64,000 bases of DNA from the NCBI GenBank assembly GCA_963828125.1, contig CAWHDP010000002.1, forward strand, positions 256,539 to 320,538. The letters run 5' to 3'. Under the pieces are notes generated by a model. It was given only the letters and a program-made list of their open reading frames with translations, did not search any database and was not told the origin of the DNA. The position numbers and the translations under genes were made by a program. Positions 19,462-28,812 of the stretch are shown one piece after another (the stretch's first letter is position 1; each line of letters starts with the position of its first letter). The DNA is from an uncultured Chlamydiae bacterium. GTDB lineage: Bacteria > Chlamydiota > Chlamydiia > Chlamydiales > SM23-39.

Positions 19462-20895
19462 TCATACTTTTTCAAAGTCGATATGTCCCTTTAGGACGTT
19501 GACTTTGATCAGTTTGACTTTGAGAAAATCGCCAACATCGACTTTTTCGAACCCTTTGACGAGCTTTCCTTCAACGGGCGGGGAAATCAGCCGAACCCAG
19601 GTCCCTTTCGGAGCGGCGCCCGTGACCATTCCATCAAACATTTTTCCCATCTCTTTTTGCAGCACAGATGCTGCCGCGCACTTGATCAATCGTCGCTCTA
19701 GTCGATCGGCGTCATCCTCTTTTTCTGTGCAATGGCGAGCCAATGCTCCGAGTTCCTGATTGCTATACATCGGCGTCGTCTGAAAAAGTGCGCTTTTCAG
19801 AAGTCGTTGCATGATGAGATCGGGGAAGCGGCGGTTGGGCGCTGTCGCATGGCAATACTCGTGTTCGGCCAAATCGAAGTGGCCGAGCGATGGTCGCCCT
19901 GGCATTCCCATGACGTATTCTCCTCGGCCTAACAGCTTGATGATGGCTAGCGATAGGTCGGGAAACCGGAGCGGTGCAGACTGTTGCTGATCGAGGAGAA
20001 ATTGCCTGAGCGCCTTTGGGTCGGGCTTAGGCGGGAGTTCTCCTCCCGCCTCTTTAGCCAAAACGACAATCCTTTCCCACCGTTTTGGAATCCTCACGAC
20101 TCGTCGAATCGTCGGCAGGTTCCGATCCTTCAGATAGCGGGTGGCTGCTACATTGGCTGCAATCATATAATTTTCGATCAATCTGTGAGCCCGGTTTTTG
20201 TCCTGCTCTTCGAGAGAAACCGGGATGCCGTCGACCATCACTGCGGAGAGCTTGACGACCCCGAACTCAAGGGCCCCTTGCCGGTTGCGGTATTCTTGTA
20301 TTTTTTGCGCGAGCACATCTTGCAAAGCGAGTTGATCTTTGAGCCCGGCGATGGCTGGAATGGGATGTTTGCAGATCCGGCGCTCCAGCCAAGCGCCGAT
20401 GCAAGGGTAATTGAGCTTTGCGTGATTTTGGACGAAAGCGCAATAGAGGTCTTTGAGTTCAAATCGCCCCTCTTCTGTAACGCTGACCTCGATGACAATC
20501 GCACGTCGGTCGGCCCGCTCATTGAGCGAAGTGAGGTCGGTCGAGAGTTTGAGCGGAAGCATTGGGAAAATGACCGCCGGAGTATAAATAGAGGTCGTAT
20601 TGTGAGCCGCTCTTTGATCAATTGCAGACCCCTTTTTCACGATTGCGTCGACGTCAGCGATTGCGACATAAATCGTGCTATTCTCGGCATAGGTGAGCTG
20701 ATCGAGATCTCGAGAATCTTCATTGTCGATCGACACCCACATGAGCTCTCGCATATCACGGATCGAGCCATGGGGCAGCGCTGGGCCGTGGATTTTAGCT
20801 AATTCACGGATAATCTCCTCAGAGAAATCGGGAATAAAGCCCTTTTCGAGCATCGCCTCTCGGGCCATTTCGGCAAAATGGATCAATTTAGCCAT
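19462..20895 (-). CDS. RNB-domain exoribonuclease (RNase II/R family) with a C-terminal S1-like domain
   Basis: RNB motifs DSRDLDQL and HATAPNRRFPDLIMQRLL. C-terminal GMVTGAAPKGTWVRL is S1-like. Confidence 0.8.
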   Translation of the reverse strand: MAKLIHFAEMAREAMLEKGFIPDFSEEIIRELAKIHGPALPHGSIRDMRELMWVSIDNEDSRDLDQLTYAENSTIYVAIADVDAIVKKGSAIDQRAAHNTTSIYTPAVIFPMLPLKLSTDLTSLNERADRRAIVIEVSVTEEGRFELKDLYCAFVQNHAKLNYPCIGAWLERRICKHPIPAIAGLKDQLALQDVLAQKIQEYRNRQGALEFGVVKLSAVMVDGIPVSLEEQDKNRAHRLIENYMIAANVAATRYLKDRNLPTIRRVVRIPKRWERIVVLAKEAGGELPPKPDPKALRQFLLDQQQSAPLRFPDLSLAIIKLLGRGEYVMGMPGRPSLGHFDLAEHEYCHATAPNRRFPDLIMQRLLKSALFQTTPMYSNQELGALARHCTEKEDDADRLERRLIKCAAASVLQKEMGKMFDGMVTGAAPKGTWVRLISPPVEGKLVKGFEKVDVGDFLKVKLIKVNVLKGHIDFEKV

Positions 20896-20966
20896 ACGGA
20901 ACTTCTCTACGCCTTGTTACCAAAAATATAGATTATTACACAAATAGAAGAAATGAGTGGTTTGTT

Positions 20967-21004
20967 GGTAAAGTTCAGTCCCCTTCGGGGACTGAACTTT
21001 TACC
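20967..21004. repeat. stem-loop (about 14-bp stem) in a divergent intergenic region
   Basis: GGTAAAGTTCAGTCCCC-ttc-GGGGACTGAACTTTTACC. No adjacent gene ends here, so it is not an obvious terminator. Confidence 0.6.
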
Positions 21005-21152
21005 ATTTATAGCCAACGATTTGCGTTACATGAAATTATGTTTTATTTAGTGTAGATATCTTTTGTTTGTTATTTTATTTTTTATCGTTTAGTTTAATTT
21101 GCCGCGTTTAGTATCATCGGTTCGTTGCAAGCAACACAAAAGGAGAACTATT

Positions 21153-21536
21153 GTGATATATCCAGTAAATGAAATCAAGCAAATAGAAGCACACACAGAA
21201 ATTTCATTTGTGTGCCACCCAAATTGCGCTCAGTATGGCGGTCCTGAAGGCGATGCAGGTTATGCCAATGCCGTTCAGGTGGAAAGAGGGATCTCTCTCG
21301 AGGAAGCGTTTGAAATCGCAAAAAACAATTCAGAGATCAATCATTTTGTTTATGTGAAAGGCGATGGGATGACCTTAATAGGCGGCGATCCAGAAAACGA
21401 TCCGCTTGACCTCGTGAGTTTTTACTGGGGTGGAGGATATTGCCGAATGTTCGAACACGGCGATGTAGTTTTTTTCAGAAAGGACCACCAATGTTTCGGC
21501 GCTGCAGGATATGCTGACGCTTATTTTAAACAATAA
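21153..21536 (+). CDS. hypothetical protein
   Basis: ORF in an AT-rich region. GTG start at 21153 is preceded by AGGAG (21141-21145). No family recognised. Confidence 0.45.
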   Translation: MIYPVNEIKQIEAHTEISFVCHPNCAQYGGPEGDAGYANAVQVERGISLEEAFEIAKNNSEINHFVYVKGDGMTLIGGDPENDPLDLVSFYWGGGYCRMFEHGDVVFFRKDHQCFGAAGYADAYFKQ

Positions 21537-21540
21537 TTCC

Positions 21541-21566
21541 AAGGGGCCGGAGTTCTCCGGCCCCTT
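21541..21566 (+). terminator. GC-rich hairpin directly after the 21153-21536 ORF
   Basis: AAGGGGCCGGA-gttc-TCCGGCCCCTT (11-bp stem). No clear T-tail. Confidence 0.45.
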
Positions 21567-22040
21567 AAGCTCTCAGACCAGAAAAAAGAGGAGCGCCGAA
21601 AAAAGACAATGGGATGGGCGACCCTGCTTTGAACTGGCGGGTCTCAGGAGTCAGGAAAGGGAGTATTCCTATGAGATGTTGTATTTCATGAGCATATCTT
21701 CAGTTACTTAATAAAGTGAGCATGATTGGAATCCTTTAGCCGCGCACAGCGGCTTGTGTCCTCAAAAAGGAACAGGATCTGCATGATCACACGTGGCATG
21801 ATGAGTAGGATGATAGGCTCTTCTGTATTCCAATTTCCTTTTCCCAAAGTTTACCAATCATCCTATCGACAAATTCGTCACCGCCAGATAATTGATCAAC
21901 TGCGCTTGGTGCTCTCCAGTAAGATATTCGCAACTTTTTAGCTCGACGACCACCTGCTAAAGATATGCTCATTAAAAAATATTAATTATAAACAAAATTA
22001 ATTGAATTGATTTAAATGCTGACAAATAAGATCATGTTGA

Positions 22041-23153
22041 TTGAATAAACAGTTTGGAGTTATTTATATGGTTCATGCCATTCGTTCTATCGGGTTATCA
22101 ACGATTTCAAGTGTCGAAGAGATTCCAGGGGGAAAACTCGGGTCAAATAGCAGTCCAGCGTGTTCCTCAAGCTACCGTTCTTCCATGCGTCGTATGAGGA
22201 CAGAGACCCCCTCAATGCTTCCGACGTTTTCCGAATCGCTTGAAAATGAATCGGAACGGTTTCAGCATTCAGTCATGGAGCTGGATAAAATGATCCGGGA
22301 AGGGCGATATACAGAGGCATTTTCCGTGCTGAGTGACATCGAGGCTATTATGAATGGGCCTGCTAAAGAAAAAATAATAGAGTCGATTACCAAAGAATTT
22401 CCTGTTGACGCCTCTGAGGTGCGCGCCGCGATCGATCACCTCGAATTAGGAATCTTATCGCAAGTCAGAGCCTATTTATTTGTGATGAACGGGGATCAAA
22501 ATGCGTTGGCCGAACATGATTTAGGGTACAAAAATCTCCAATTGGCTGTGAAAGAGGTGATGGCGATGGCTCGGAAGATGGAATTGTCCGATTTTCCCGA
22601 TCTCTCTAGCGAACAGGTTGCCGATTTTGAGAAGTTCGTGGAAATCGAACATCTAATCGCACGAGGTTTCCTTGCTAGCGGATTGAATGCCCGCGAGATC
22701 GCTATCGAGAATTTCAGATCGGGTTTTAGCCTATGGACTGATTTTGCTTCAGGCGCCGCTATCGACTCGATTTTTTTAATCAAAGTGCTTGAGCAAAAAC
22801 TCCAATCTCCCCTTTTGCCTCCATCTTCGGACGTCGATGAACAAGACCCCAGGTCCCTTTTTGTGGCTGGAAGATACAATGAGGCTATACAGCTGATTTC
22901 TTCAATGCCAGAGGATGAACAATGTTTTGTTCAGGGAATTCGGATCGGATCCATGGCTCTTCTAGGACAATATGAGGAAGCTCTTGAACAGTTTGAAAAT
23001 CCCATTTACAATTCATGTATCTCCGACTTTGAGGAAGCGGCTGGAAAGGCTCTTATTTCCGTTCTCAGAGGAGAGCTTGAAAAAGCCAAAGAAATTGCTT
23101 TAGGCTCTCCTTCGGGGTTCATTTATCCGATACTATTGCTGACGAAAAGCTAA
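22041..23153 (+). CDS. hypothetical alpha-helical protein with TPR-like C-terminal segments
   Basis: 370-aa ORF in a region that looks lower in GC. Helical-repeat-like stretches (GRYNEAIQLISS...GQYEEALEQFE). An alternative ATG lies at 22068. Confidence 0.45.
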   Translation: MNKQFGVIYMVHAIRSIGLSTISSVEEIPGGKLGSNSSPACSSSYRSSMRRMRTETPSMLPTFSESLENESERFQHSVMELDKMIREGRYTEAFSVLSDIEAIMNGPAKEKIIESITKEFPVDASEVRAAIDHLELGILSQVRAYLFVMNGDQNALAEHDLGYKNLQLAVKEVMAMARKMELSDFPDLSSEQVADFEKFVEIEHLIARGFLASGLNAREIAIENFRSGFSLWTDFASGAAIDSIFLIKVLEQKLQSPLLPPSSDVDEQDPRSLFVAGRYNEAIQLISSMPEDEQCFVQGIRIGSMALLGQYEEALEQFENPIYNSCISDFEEAAGKALISVLRGELEKAKEIALGSPSGFIYPILLLTKS

Positions 23154-24312
23154 ATGATTCATAAACGGGGCCCTCAAGAGTGAGGTGAAGGAGAAATTCT
23201 TCGGCCGGAATGACTGGGAAGCCTCGATAATTTTCTTTTCGTTTGCCCATGTTAACGATCAAACATTTTGCCTCTGGATACTCCTCTTGGAAAGCGGCGA
23301 GACCTTTCACGTCGCTCGGCGACAATTCAGCTGACCGTTTCACTTCGATGGCCCAGAAGCCTCTCGGGCCGTAAATAATAAAATCGACTTCGAGTTGGGT
23401 GGCTGTATGCCAAAAAGAGAGCGAATGTTTTTCTTTTTGATTGAGGGTCCACGTCCGCAGGTGCTGGGCGACGAGGCCCTCTAACGCATTTCCTTCCATC
23501 TCGCTTTCGACGTCTAAAATGCCTCGGGGTCTTAGAGCCCGAAAAATCCCCACATCAAAAAAATAGAACTTTGAGTGGGCAATCAATCGTCTTTTCGCTC
23601 TTCGGGAAAATACAGGAAGAGAAAAGGCGAGCAATAAATCTTCCAAAATTTGTAAATAATTATCGACTGTCGCCCTTTTTACGCTCGATTCGCGGCTGAT
23701 ATCTATTGTGGTCCAAATGGATGCATAAGAAAAACTTGCAATCTCCAAGAACCGAGAAAAATCGGTGATTTGGCGCACTAATCCTTCTGCCTGGATCTCC
23801 TCGCGAAGATAGAGGGTGATGTAATCGCTCAGCCGTTGGAGAGGATTTTGAGATTCCCAGATCAGCGGGATGAGTCCCACTTTGAGGGCCTTTTCCAGGG
23901 AAAACTTTTCTTTTAATTCAGAGGCTAAAAACGGCCCCATCTGATGCAAAAGAGCCCTCCCTCCCAGCAAATCGCTCACGGTCCTTCGTAGTTTTCGGGC
24001 GCTGCTGCCGGTCATGATAAACTGCAGGCCCTTCTTCTGTTCGATCAGCGCATGGATCTCCGGGAGAAGATTCGGCGCTCTTTGGATCTCGTCTAAAATC
24101 AATGTCTGCCCGGGCGCCATTCCGGCGGCGACGTCTCTGATCCTTTCCGGAAAAGAGCCATACCTCCTCTCTTCCTCTCCTAAAAGGAGGTCGATCCGAA
24201 CTGCATTCGGATAGTGTCTGAGTAGCCAGGTCGATTTCCCAGTTCCCCGAGGGCCAAGGAGAAAATAGCTCTCGGTAGAGGGGCGCATTTCCCGTTCGGT
24301 GTAATTTGCCAT
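23119..24312 (-). CDS. AAA-type ATPase with a DUF4143-like C-terminal domain
   Basis: Walker A LLGPRGTGKSTWL and Walker B LILDEIQ. The C-terminal half is typical of the AAA_14/DUF4143 architecture. Start set at MANYTERE. Confidence 0.7.
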   Translation of the reverse strand: MANYTEREMRPSTESYFLLGPRGTGKSTWLLRHYPNAVRIDLLLGEEERRYGSFPERIRDVAAGMAPGQTLILDEIQRAPNLLPEIHALIEQKKGLQFIMTGSSARKLRRTVSDLLGGRALLHQMGPFLASELKEKFSLEKALKVGLIPLIWESQNPLQRLSDYITLYLREEIQAEGLVRQITDFSRFLEIASFSYASIWTTIDISRESSVKRATVDNYLQILEDLLLAFSLPVFSRRAKRRLIAHSKFYFFDVGIFRALRPRGILDVESEMEGNALEGLVAQHLRTWTLNQKEKHSLSFWHTATQLEVDFIIYGPRGFWAIEVKRSAELSPSDVKGLAAFQEEYPEAKCLIVNMGKRKENYRGFPVIPAEEFLLHLTLEGPVYESFSFSSAIVSDK

Positions 24313-24365
24313 CGTAAATAGCATTTTACATTGTAAAGTGCTATTTGTGATAGCATTTTTCCAAG

Positions 24366-25142
24366 TCACTGAAAAAGAAAGCGATGGATCGCAGTGTCCT
24401 CGATTTGGTTCATTGCGGCGTGCTGCTTTTCCCAGTCATCACTGGGCCACCACTTCCGTAGGCGGGGGAGTTTTTCTGTTGCCAAATAGAGTTCGTCTCT
24501 CAACGTGTAGTGGTTGATTCTGAGCGGGGCTATCTCAACGGTGGGCGAGAGGCATCCTTCAAAGGGCTTTGCTGTGGCGGCGACTTGGGCGTAGCCGGGA
24601 TGGTAGGTCATAGAGTGGGCGTTTGTGCACTCTTTTACCCGTTCAGGCCGGACAATGCTTTTTACATAGTGGTTGGTTACGTGATCGGAGGGGGCTTTCA
24701 GAGTCAATAATTCGATCATGGATCTATTGGATGGAACTTCGGCGATATGCGAGGTGCCAAAGACTTGCCAATTGACCGCGACGCCGCCGAAATGCTCAAA
24801 GGGGGTGAGGGTGTCGAGGAGGGGACCTTCTACTGAGAAGAGAAATTCGTCGACGTCGAGAAGGGCGAGCCATTTTGTCTTGCCACGCGCCCAATGGAGG
24901 GCCCGTTCATAAGCGAGGCATTGGAGTTCTGTCCATTCGTAGACGTTTGTGTACTGGATCGGCCACGATGTGAGTTGGACGAGGCCGATGTCGATATAGG
25001 GTTCTAAGACTTTTCGGGGATTGTCTTGGCTGAGGTGGTCGAATAAATAAAAATGTTCGACGCCCACGATGCGGTGGAAATCGATCCATTCTTTAAGGAA
25101 GCGGGCTTCGTTTTGGAAGATGGCGGCCACAGCGAGATTCAT
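24366..25142 (-). CDS. glycosyltransferase, GT92/Glyco_tranf_2_4-like
   Basis: N-terminus AVAAIFQNEARFLKEWIDFHRIVGVEHFYLFDHLSQDN matches the pattern of this family, with a later DVDEF. Confidence 0.55.
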   Translation of the reverse strand: MNLAVAAIFQNEARFLKEWIDFHRIVGVEHFYLFDHLSQDNPRKVLEPYIDIGLVQLTSWPIQYTNVYEWTELQCLAYERALHWARGKTKWLALLDVDEFLFSVEGPLLDTLTPFEHFGGVAVNWQVFGTSHIAEVPSNRSMIELLTLKAPSDHVTNHYVKSIVRPERVKECTNAHSMTYHPGYAQVAATAKPFEGCLSPTVEIAPLRINHYTLRDELYLATEKLPRLRKWWPSDDWEKQHAAMNQIEDTAIHRFLFQ

Positions 25143-26296
25143 CGTTCCCAGGGCAAGGGTCGTTGGGCTGGCGGAATCTCTTTTTCCTCTTTGGGTTTCG
25201 AGAGGAGCTCTCCGAGAATTTCGTTTTGGCTTGCAGCAATGAGGGCGGCGATTTTGGCAACGGCTGGCCCTGTGACGATCTCTGGCTTTTGAGTCGAGCC
25301 GCGGATTGGCATTGTCATGACATAATTTTTAGGGAGGTTTTTGATGCCAAAGGCTTTTTTCAATGTATCGGAGGGGATTCCGAGAGTCATGTCGAGCTGA
25401 TCTTTGCGAAGATCAATGCTGCCCCAAGTACAGATGTGGATGGAATCGGCGAGGAGGGCGTCCATCCGGCCAGTCACAAGGCGCCCTTGATGTAGGTTGA
25501 ACGCAACGGGGGTGAACCAGGCGCTCATCTGAGAGGAGTTGGAGAGAGCCTCTTCTTTGAGTAGAGCGACAATGGCTGCGAGCGAAGGGCCGTTTTGACA
25601 GACGATTTTTCCGAGATCGAGCGTGGCGCTGCCGACGGCGAGTTTTTCCAATGAATAGGGGAGGGGGAAGGAGAAATTTTCCGGTTCAATGCGGAGGATG
25701 GCCGGTTTGTCGGCAGAGAGGCCGGTCAAGAAGAGGGGATTCGCGTCCTTGAGGAGGAGGGCGCTGATTGAGGGGGTGAGCTGGATCGAAGCTATGAGCG
25801 GCTCTTCTAAGGTGAGCGCTTTCTCAGTCAAAACCCCTTTCAGATGGGTACGGAGGTTTGTTGAATCCAGAGCTAGGTCAAGGCTCCTTCTCCCCTTTTC
25901 CATTTGAAAGGTTCCTTTGACTGAAATAGGCCCTTCTTGTGTGATCCCGCTTAAGGTAAAATCGTTCCCCTCCATTTGCCCTTCGATCTTCTCGATGCGC
26001 TCCTTTTGATAGGCGATCGATCCATTTTTGAGGGTAAACGGGCCCTGAAAAGACCAAAAGGGGGCGGCGACGCTCAATTCGTTGGCGGCGCCGCTCACGC
26101 CGTCTTTATCCCATTTCAGGTTGTGGAATATCTGGGGGCCAAACCATGAAAACTGGAGCGATCCGATCTCTACACGGCCCTCTATTTTTTTTTCAAAGGC
26201 TCTGACGAAGAGCGGTTTGACGAAGGGCGTCGAGCCGATTTTCGGTAAAAAAATCAGAACCAAGAGAATAAGCCAAATCAATCCATAGCGCTTCAT
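25139..26296 (-). CDS. hypothetical membrane-anchored protein (possibly AsmA-like)
   Basis: N-terminal TM/signal MKRYGLIWLILLVLIFLP. 385 aa. 4-nt overlaps with both neighbours. Confidence 0.4.
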   Translation of the reverse strand: MKRYGLIWLILLVLIFLPKIGSTPFVKPLFVRAFEKKIEGRVEIGSLQFSWFGPQIFHNLKWDKDGVSGAANELSVAAPFWSFQGPFTLKNGSIAYQKERIEKIEGQMEGNDFTLSGITQEGPISVKGTFQMEKGRRSLDLALDSTNLRTHLKGVLTEKALTLEEPLIASIQLTPSISALLLKDANPLFLTGLSADKPAILRIEPENFSFPLPYSLEKLAVGSATLDLGKIVCQNGPSLAAIVALLKEEALSNSSQMSAWFTPVAFNLHQGRLVTGRMDALLADSIHICTWGSIDLRKDQLDMTLGIPSDTLKKAFGIKNLPKNYVMTMPIRGSTQKPEIVTGPAVAKIAALIAASQNEILGELLSKPKEEKEIPPAQRPLPWER

Positions 26297-28070
26297 TCGA
26301 CAGTCACCGATTTAGCGAGGTTTCTCGGCTGGTCAATGTCGCAGCCCCGCTCTTTAGCAATGTAGTAGGCAAGGAGCTGGCCGGCGACGGTTGAGGCGAA
26401 GGGGGAGAGGGGATCGGCGGCAGGGGGGAGCCAAATGACGTCGTCAGCTATTTTTCCGATCGATGGGAGGTTTTCGGGGGCGAGGGCGAGGAGGGGGGCG
26501 CCGCGGGCTTTGAGCTCTTGGAGGTTGCTGATGATTTTTTCTTCGGTCTGATGATTAGCGCAGAAGGCGATGACGGGAAATTGGGAGTCGATGAGGGCGA
26601 TCGGGCCGTGTTTGAGTTCTCCTGCCGCGTAGCCGTTGGCGTTGACGTAGGTGATCTCTTTGAGTTTAAGGGCAGCTTCCATGCAGGTCGGAAACATATA
26701 GCGGCGCCCCATGAAAAAAAAGTTATTATAACGGCTGTATTTTTTGGCGATCGCCTGAATATGCGGGCTGTTTTCAATCACTTTTTCGATTTGGCCGGGG
26801 ATCTTTTTCAGGGCTTCGACGTCCCCCTTGCCGGCCATGTAAAGGGCAAATAGATAGAGGACGGCCATTTGCGAGGTGAAAGCTTTCGTGGAGCAAACGC
26901 TCATTTCGGGCCCTGCCTTGAGGAGCAAACATCCATCTGTTTCGCGGGTGAGGGTCGAGTTGGCTACGTTGCAGACGCCGAGGATCTTGAATCCGCGCGC
27001 TCTCATCTCTCGCACTGTAGAGAGGGTGTCGGCCGTTTCTCCCGACTGGCTGATCGCGACGATCAATGTCTCTTGCGGAATGATCCGGTAACGGGCCTCA
27101 GAGGCGATTTCAGCACGGGCGGAGAGGCCCGCCAAATCTTCGAGGAAAAGGGCTCCGATGGAGCCGGCGTTGGCCGAGGTGCCGCAGCCGATAAACCAGA
27201 CGCTTTTTGCCCTCCGAAATTCTGGGGCGAGCCCTTCGAACTGCACTTGCCCGTTTTCAAAACGGCCCAGCATCGCCTTTTGGATCGTCGATGGCTGTTC
27301 ATGGATCTCTTTGAGCATAAAATGCTCAAAACCCTCTTTGGAGGGGGCCTGAACATTCCCGTCGAAACGCTCCGTCTTTTTTAGCACCGGTTTCAGATCT
27401 TTGTCAAAGATTTGAACCCCCCTTTTTCTATCTTAGCGATCTCGCCGTTGCGAAGGAAGACCACATTGAGCGATGGCCTTAAAAAAGCGTTGGGGTCGGA
27501 AGAGAGGATCGATTCGGTCCCTGCCTCGTCGCAGCCGATGGATAGAGGGCATTCGCGAGCTGAGGCGACAATGAGGTTAGGGTGATCTTTATGGATCAGC
27601 GCAAAGGCAAAATGGCCCTTGAGGAAGGGGAGCGACTTCTGAACCGCCTCAACCAAGTCTCCCGAGTAGTTTCGAGAGATGAGCTGGGTCATCACCTCGG
27701 TGTCTGTCTCAGAGATAAACGACGCCCCTTGACTCCGTAGCTCTTCGCGGAGCGCATCGCAATTTTCGATGATGCCGTTATGGACGAGGGCGATCGTCTC
27801 TTCCGCATCTTGGTGCGGATGGGCGTTGATATAGGTCACTTTCCCATGAGTAGCCCACCTCGTGTGGCCGATAGCGACGTCGAGCTTTTTGAGTTTTAGC
27901 TTTTTTTTCATGTTAGAGAGTTTGCCTACCTCTTTGCAAACCTCGATCTCCCCATTGACGACGCCGGCAATCCCGCTCGAATCGTAGCCCCGATATTCGA
28001 GCTGTTCCAGCCCTTTGATACATATTTCGAGTGGATCTTCTTTCCCCACATAACCAAAAATTCCGCACAT
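26293..28070 (-). pseudogene. glmS: glutamine--fructose-6-phosphate aminotransferase (GlmS); frame broken by a 1-nt indel in a homopolymer (as assembled)
   Basis: The N-terminal ORF carries MCGIFGYVG and a class II glutaminase domain. The C-terminal ORF carries two SIS domains and ends KSVTVE. The frames meet at C6 (27417-27422; coding strand AAAAAGGGGGG). One extra G reads ...IEKGGVQIFDKDLKPVLKKTERFDG..., colinear with GlmS. Total length 1778 = 3n+2. Confidence 0.85.
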
Positions 28071-28071
28071 A

Positions 28072-28812
28072 TCAGCCTTCCTTGATCCCAACAATTGCTA
28101 AAAAAAGGGGAATCTCTTTCCTCGCCCGGTCTTCCATCCTAGCCATCGCCCCTTCGCTTTTTTTATCTGAACACCACTCTTCCATCGATCCAATCATAAA
28201 TTGTCCGCCTTGCAGCCATCTACAATAGTCGGAGAGGGGATGGTGATAGGAAAAAGTCGTCTCCGAACGGGCCCCTTTGCCTGGACTGGTTTGGATCGGA
28301 ATTTCTTGGGGAGACATATAGCGATTCACTCTTCTGTACTGAAGTTTCATCGGCTCGTCGATCCCCCAGCTGCTTTGTCTCGGAATGCGGAAGCACGGGT
28401 GGTTCAACACGATTAAGAGCCTCCCCCCTTTTTTGAGGTGGCGCCCCGCCGTTTGAATCGCTGCCTGGCCCCGCTCCATATTTTGGAGCGAAAGGATCAT
28501 CGCAGCCCTCTCAAAGTCCTTTTTTTCAAGCGCTAATTCTCCACACACATCCCCGACGATAAACGTCCCCCCTGTTGTCATCTTTTTAGCAGAGGCGATG
28601 AGCTCTTTCGACGCATCGATTCCGACGTATTCAACCGACTCCGGCATCTGTCTTTGCAACACTCCCTGGCCGCAGCCGAGATCGAGGAGCGAGCTATATT
28701 TTCCGAGTAGGCGGAGCGCATTCGGTAGGATAACCGCCTGATGGTAATAGTGCCCCTTTTCGCCGACGCACGAAGTGTACCACGATTCAGATTTGTCCCA
28801 ATTCTTATTCAT
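28072..28812 (-). CDS. class I SAM-dependent methyltransferase
   Basis: LLDLGCGQGVL motif, and GGRLLIVLNHP. Start set at MNKNWDK, which overlaps the permease stop (ATGA). Confidence 0.7.
   Translation of the reverse strand: MNKNWDKSESWYTSCVGEKGHYYHQAVILPNALRLLGKYSSLLDLGCGQGVLQRQMPESVEYVGIDASKELIASAKKMTTGGTFIVGDVCGELALEKKDFERAAMILSLQNMERGQAAIQTAGRHLKKGGRLLIVLNHPCFRIPRQSSWGIDEPMKLQYRRVNRYMSPQEIPIQTSPGKGARSETTFSYHHPLSDYCRWLQGGQFMIGSMEEWCSDKKSEGAMARMEDRARKEIPLFLAIVGIKEG

Noticed and set aside
21570-22040. Short ORFs 21511-21711(+), 21726-21941(+) and 21787-21972(-), considered as a small RHH/antitoxin-like gene or toxin-antitoxin pair
   Set aside because: The ORFs overlap each other and have no convincing motifs or ribosome-binding sites. 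At most this is a decayed gene remnant.
28071-28110. glmS ribozyme or riboswitch upstream of glmS
   Set aside because: The glmS start codon directly abuts the stop of the upstream methyltransferase gene, leaving no leader for a structured RNA.
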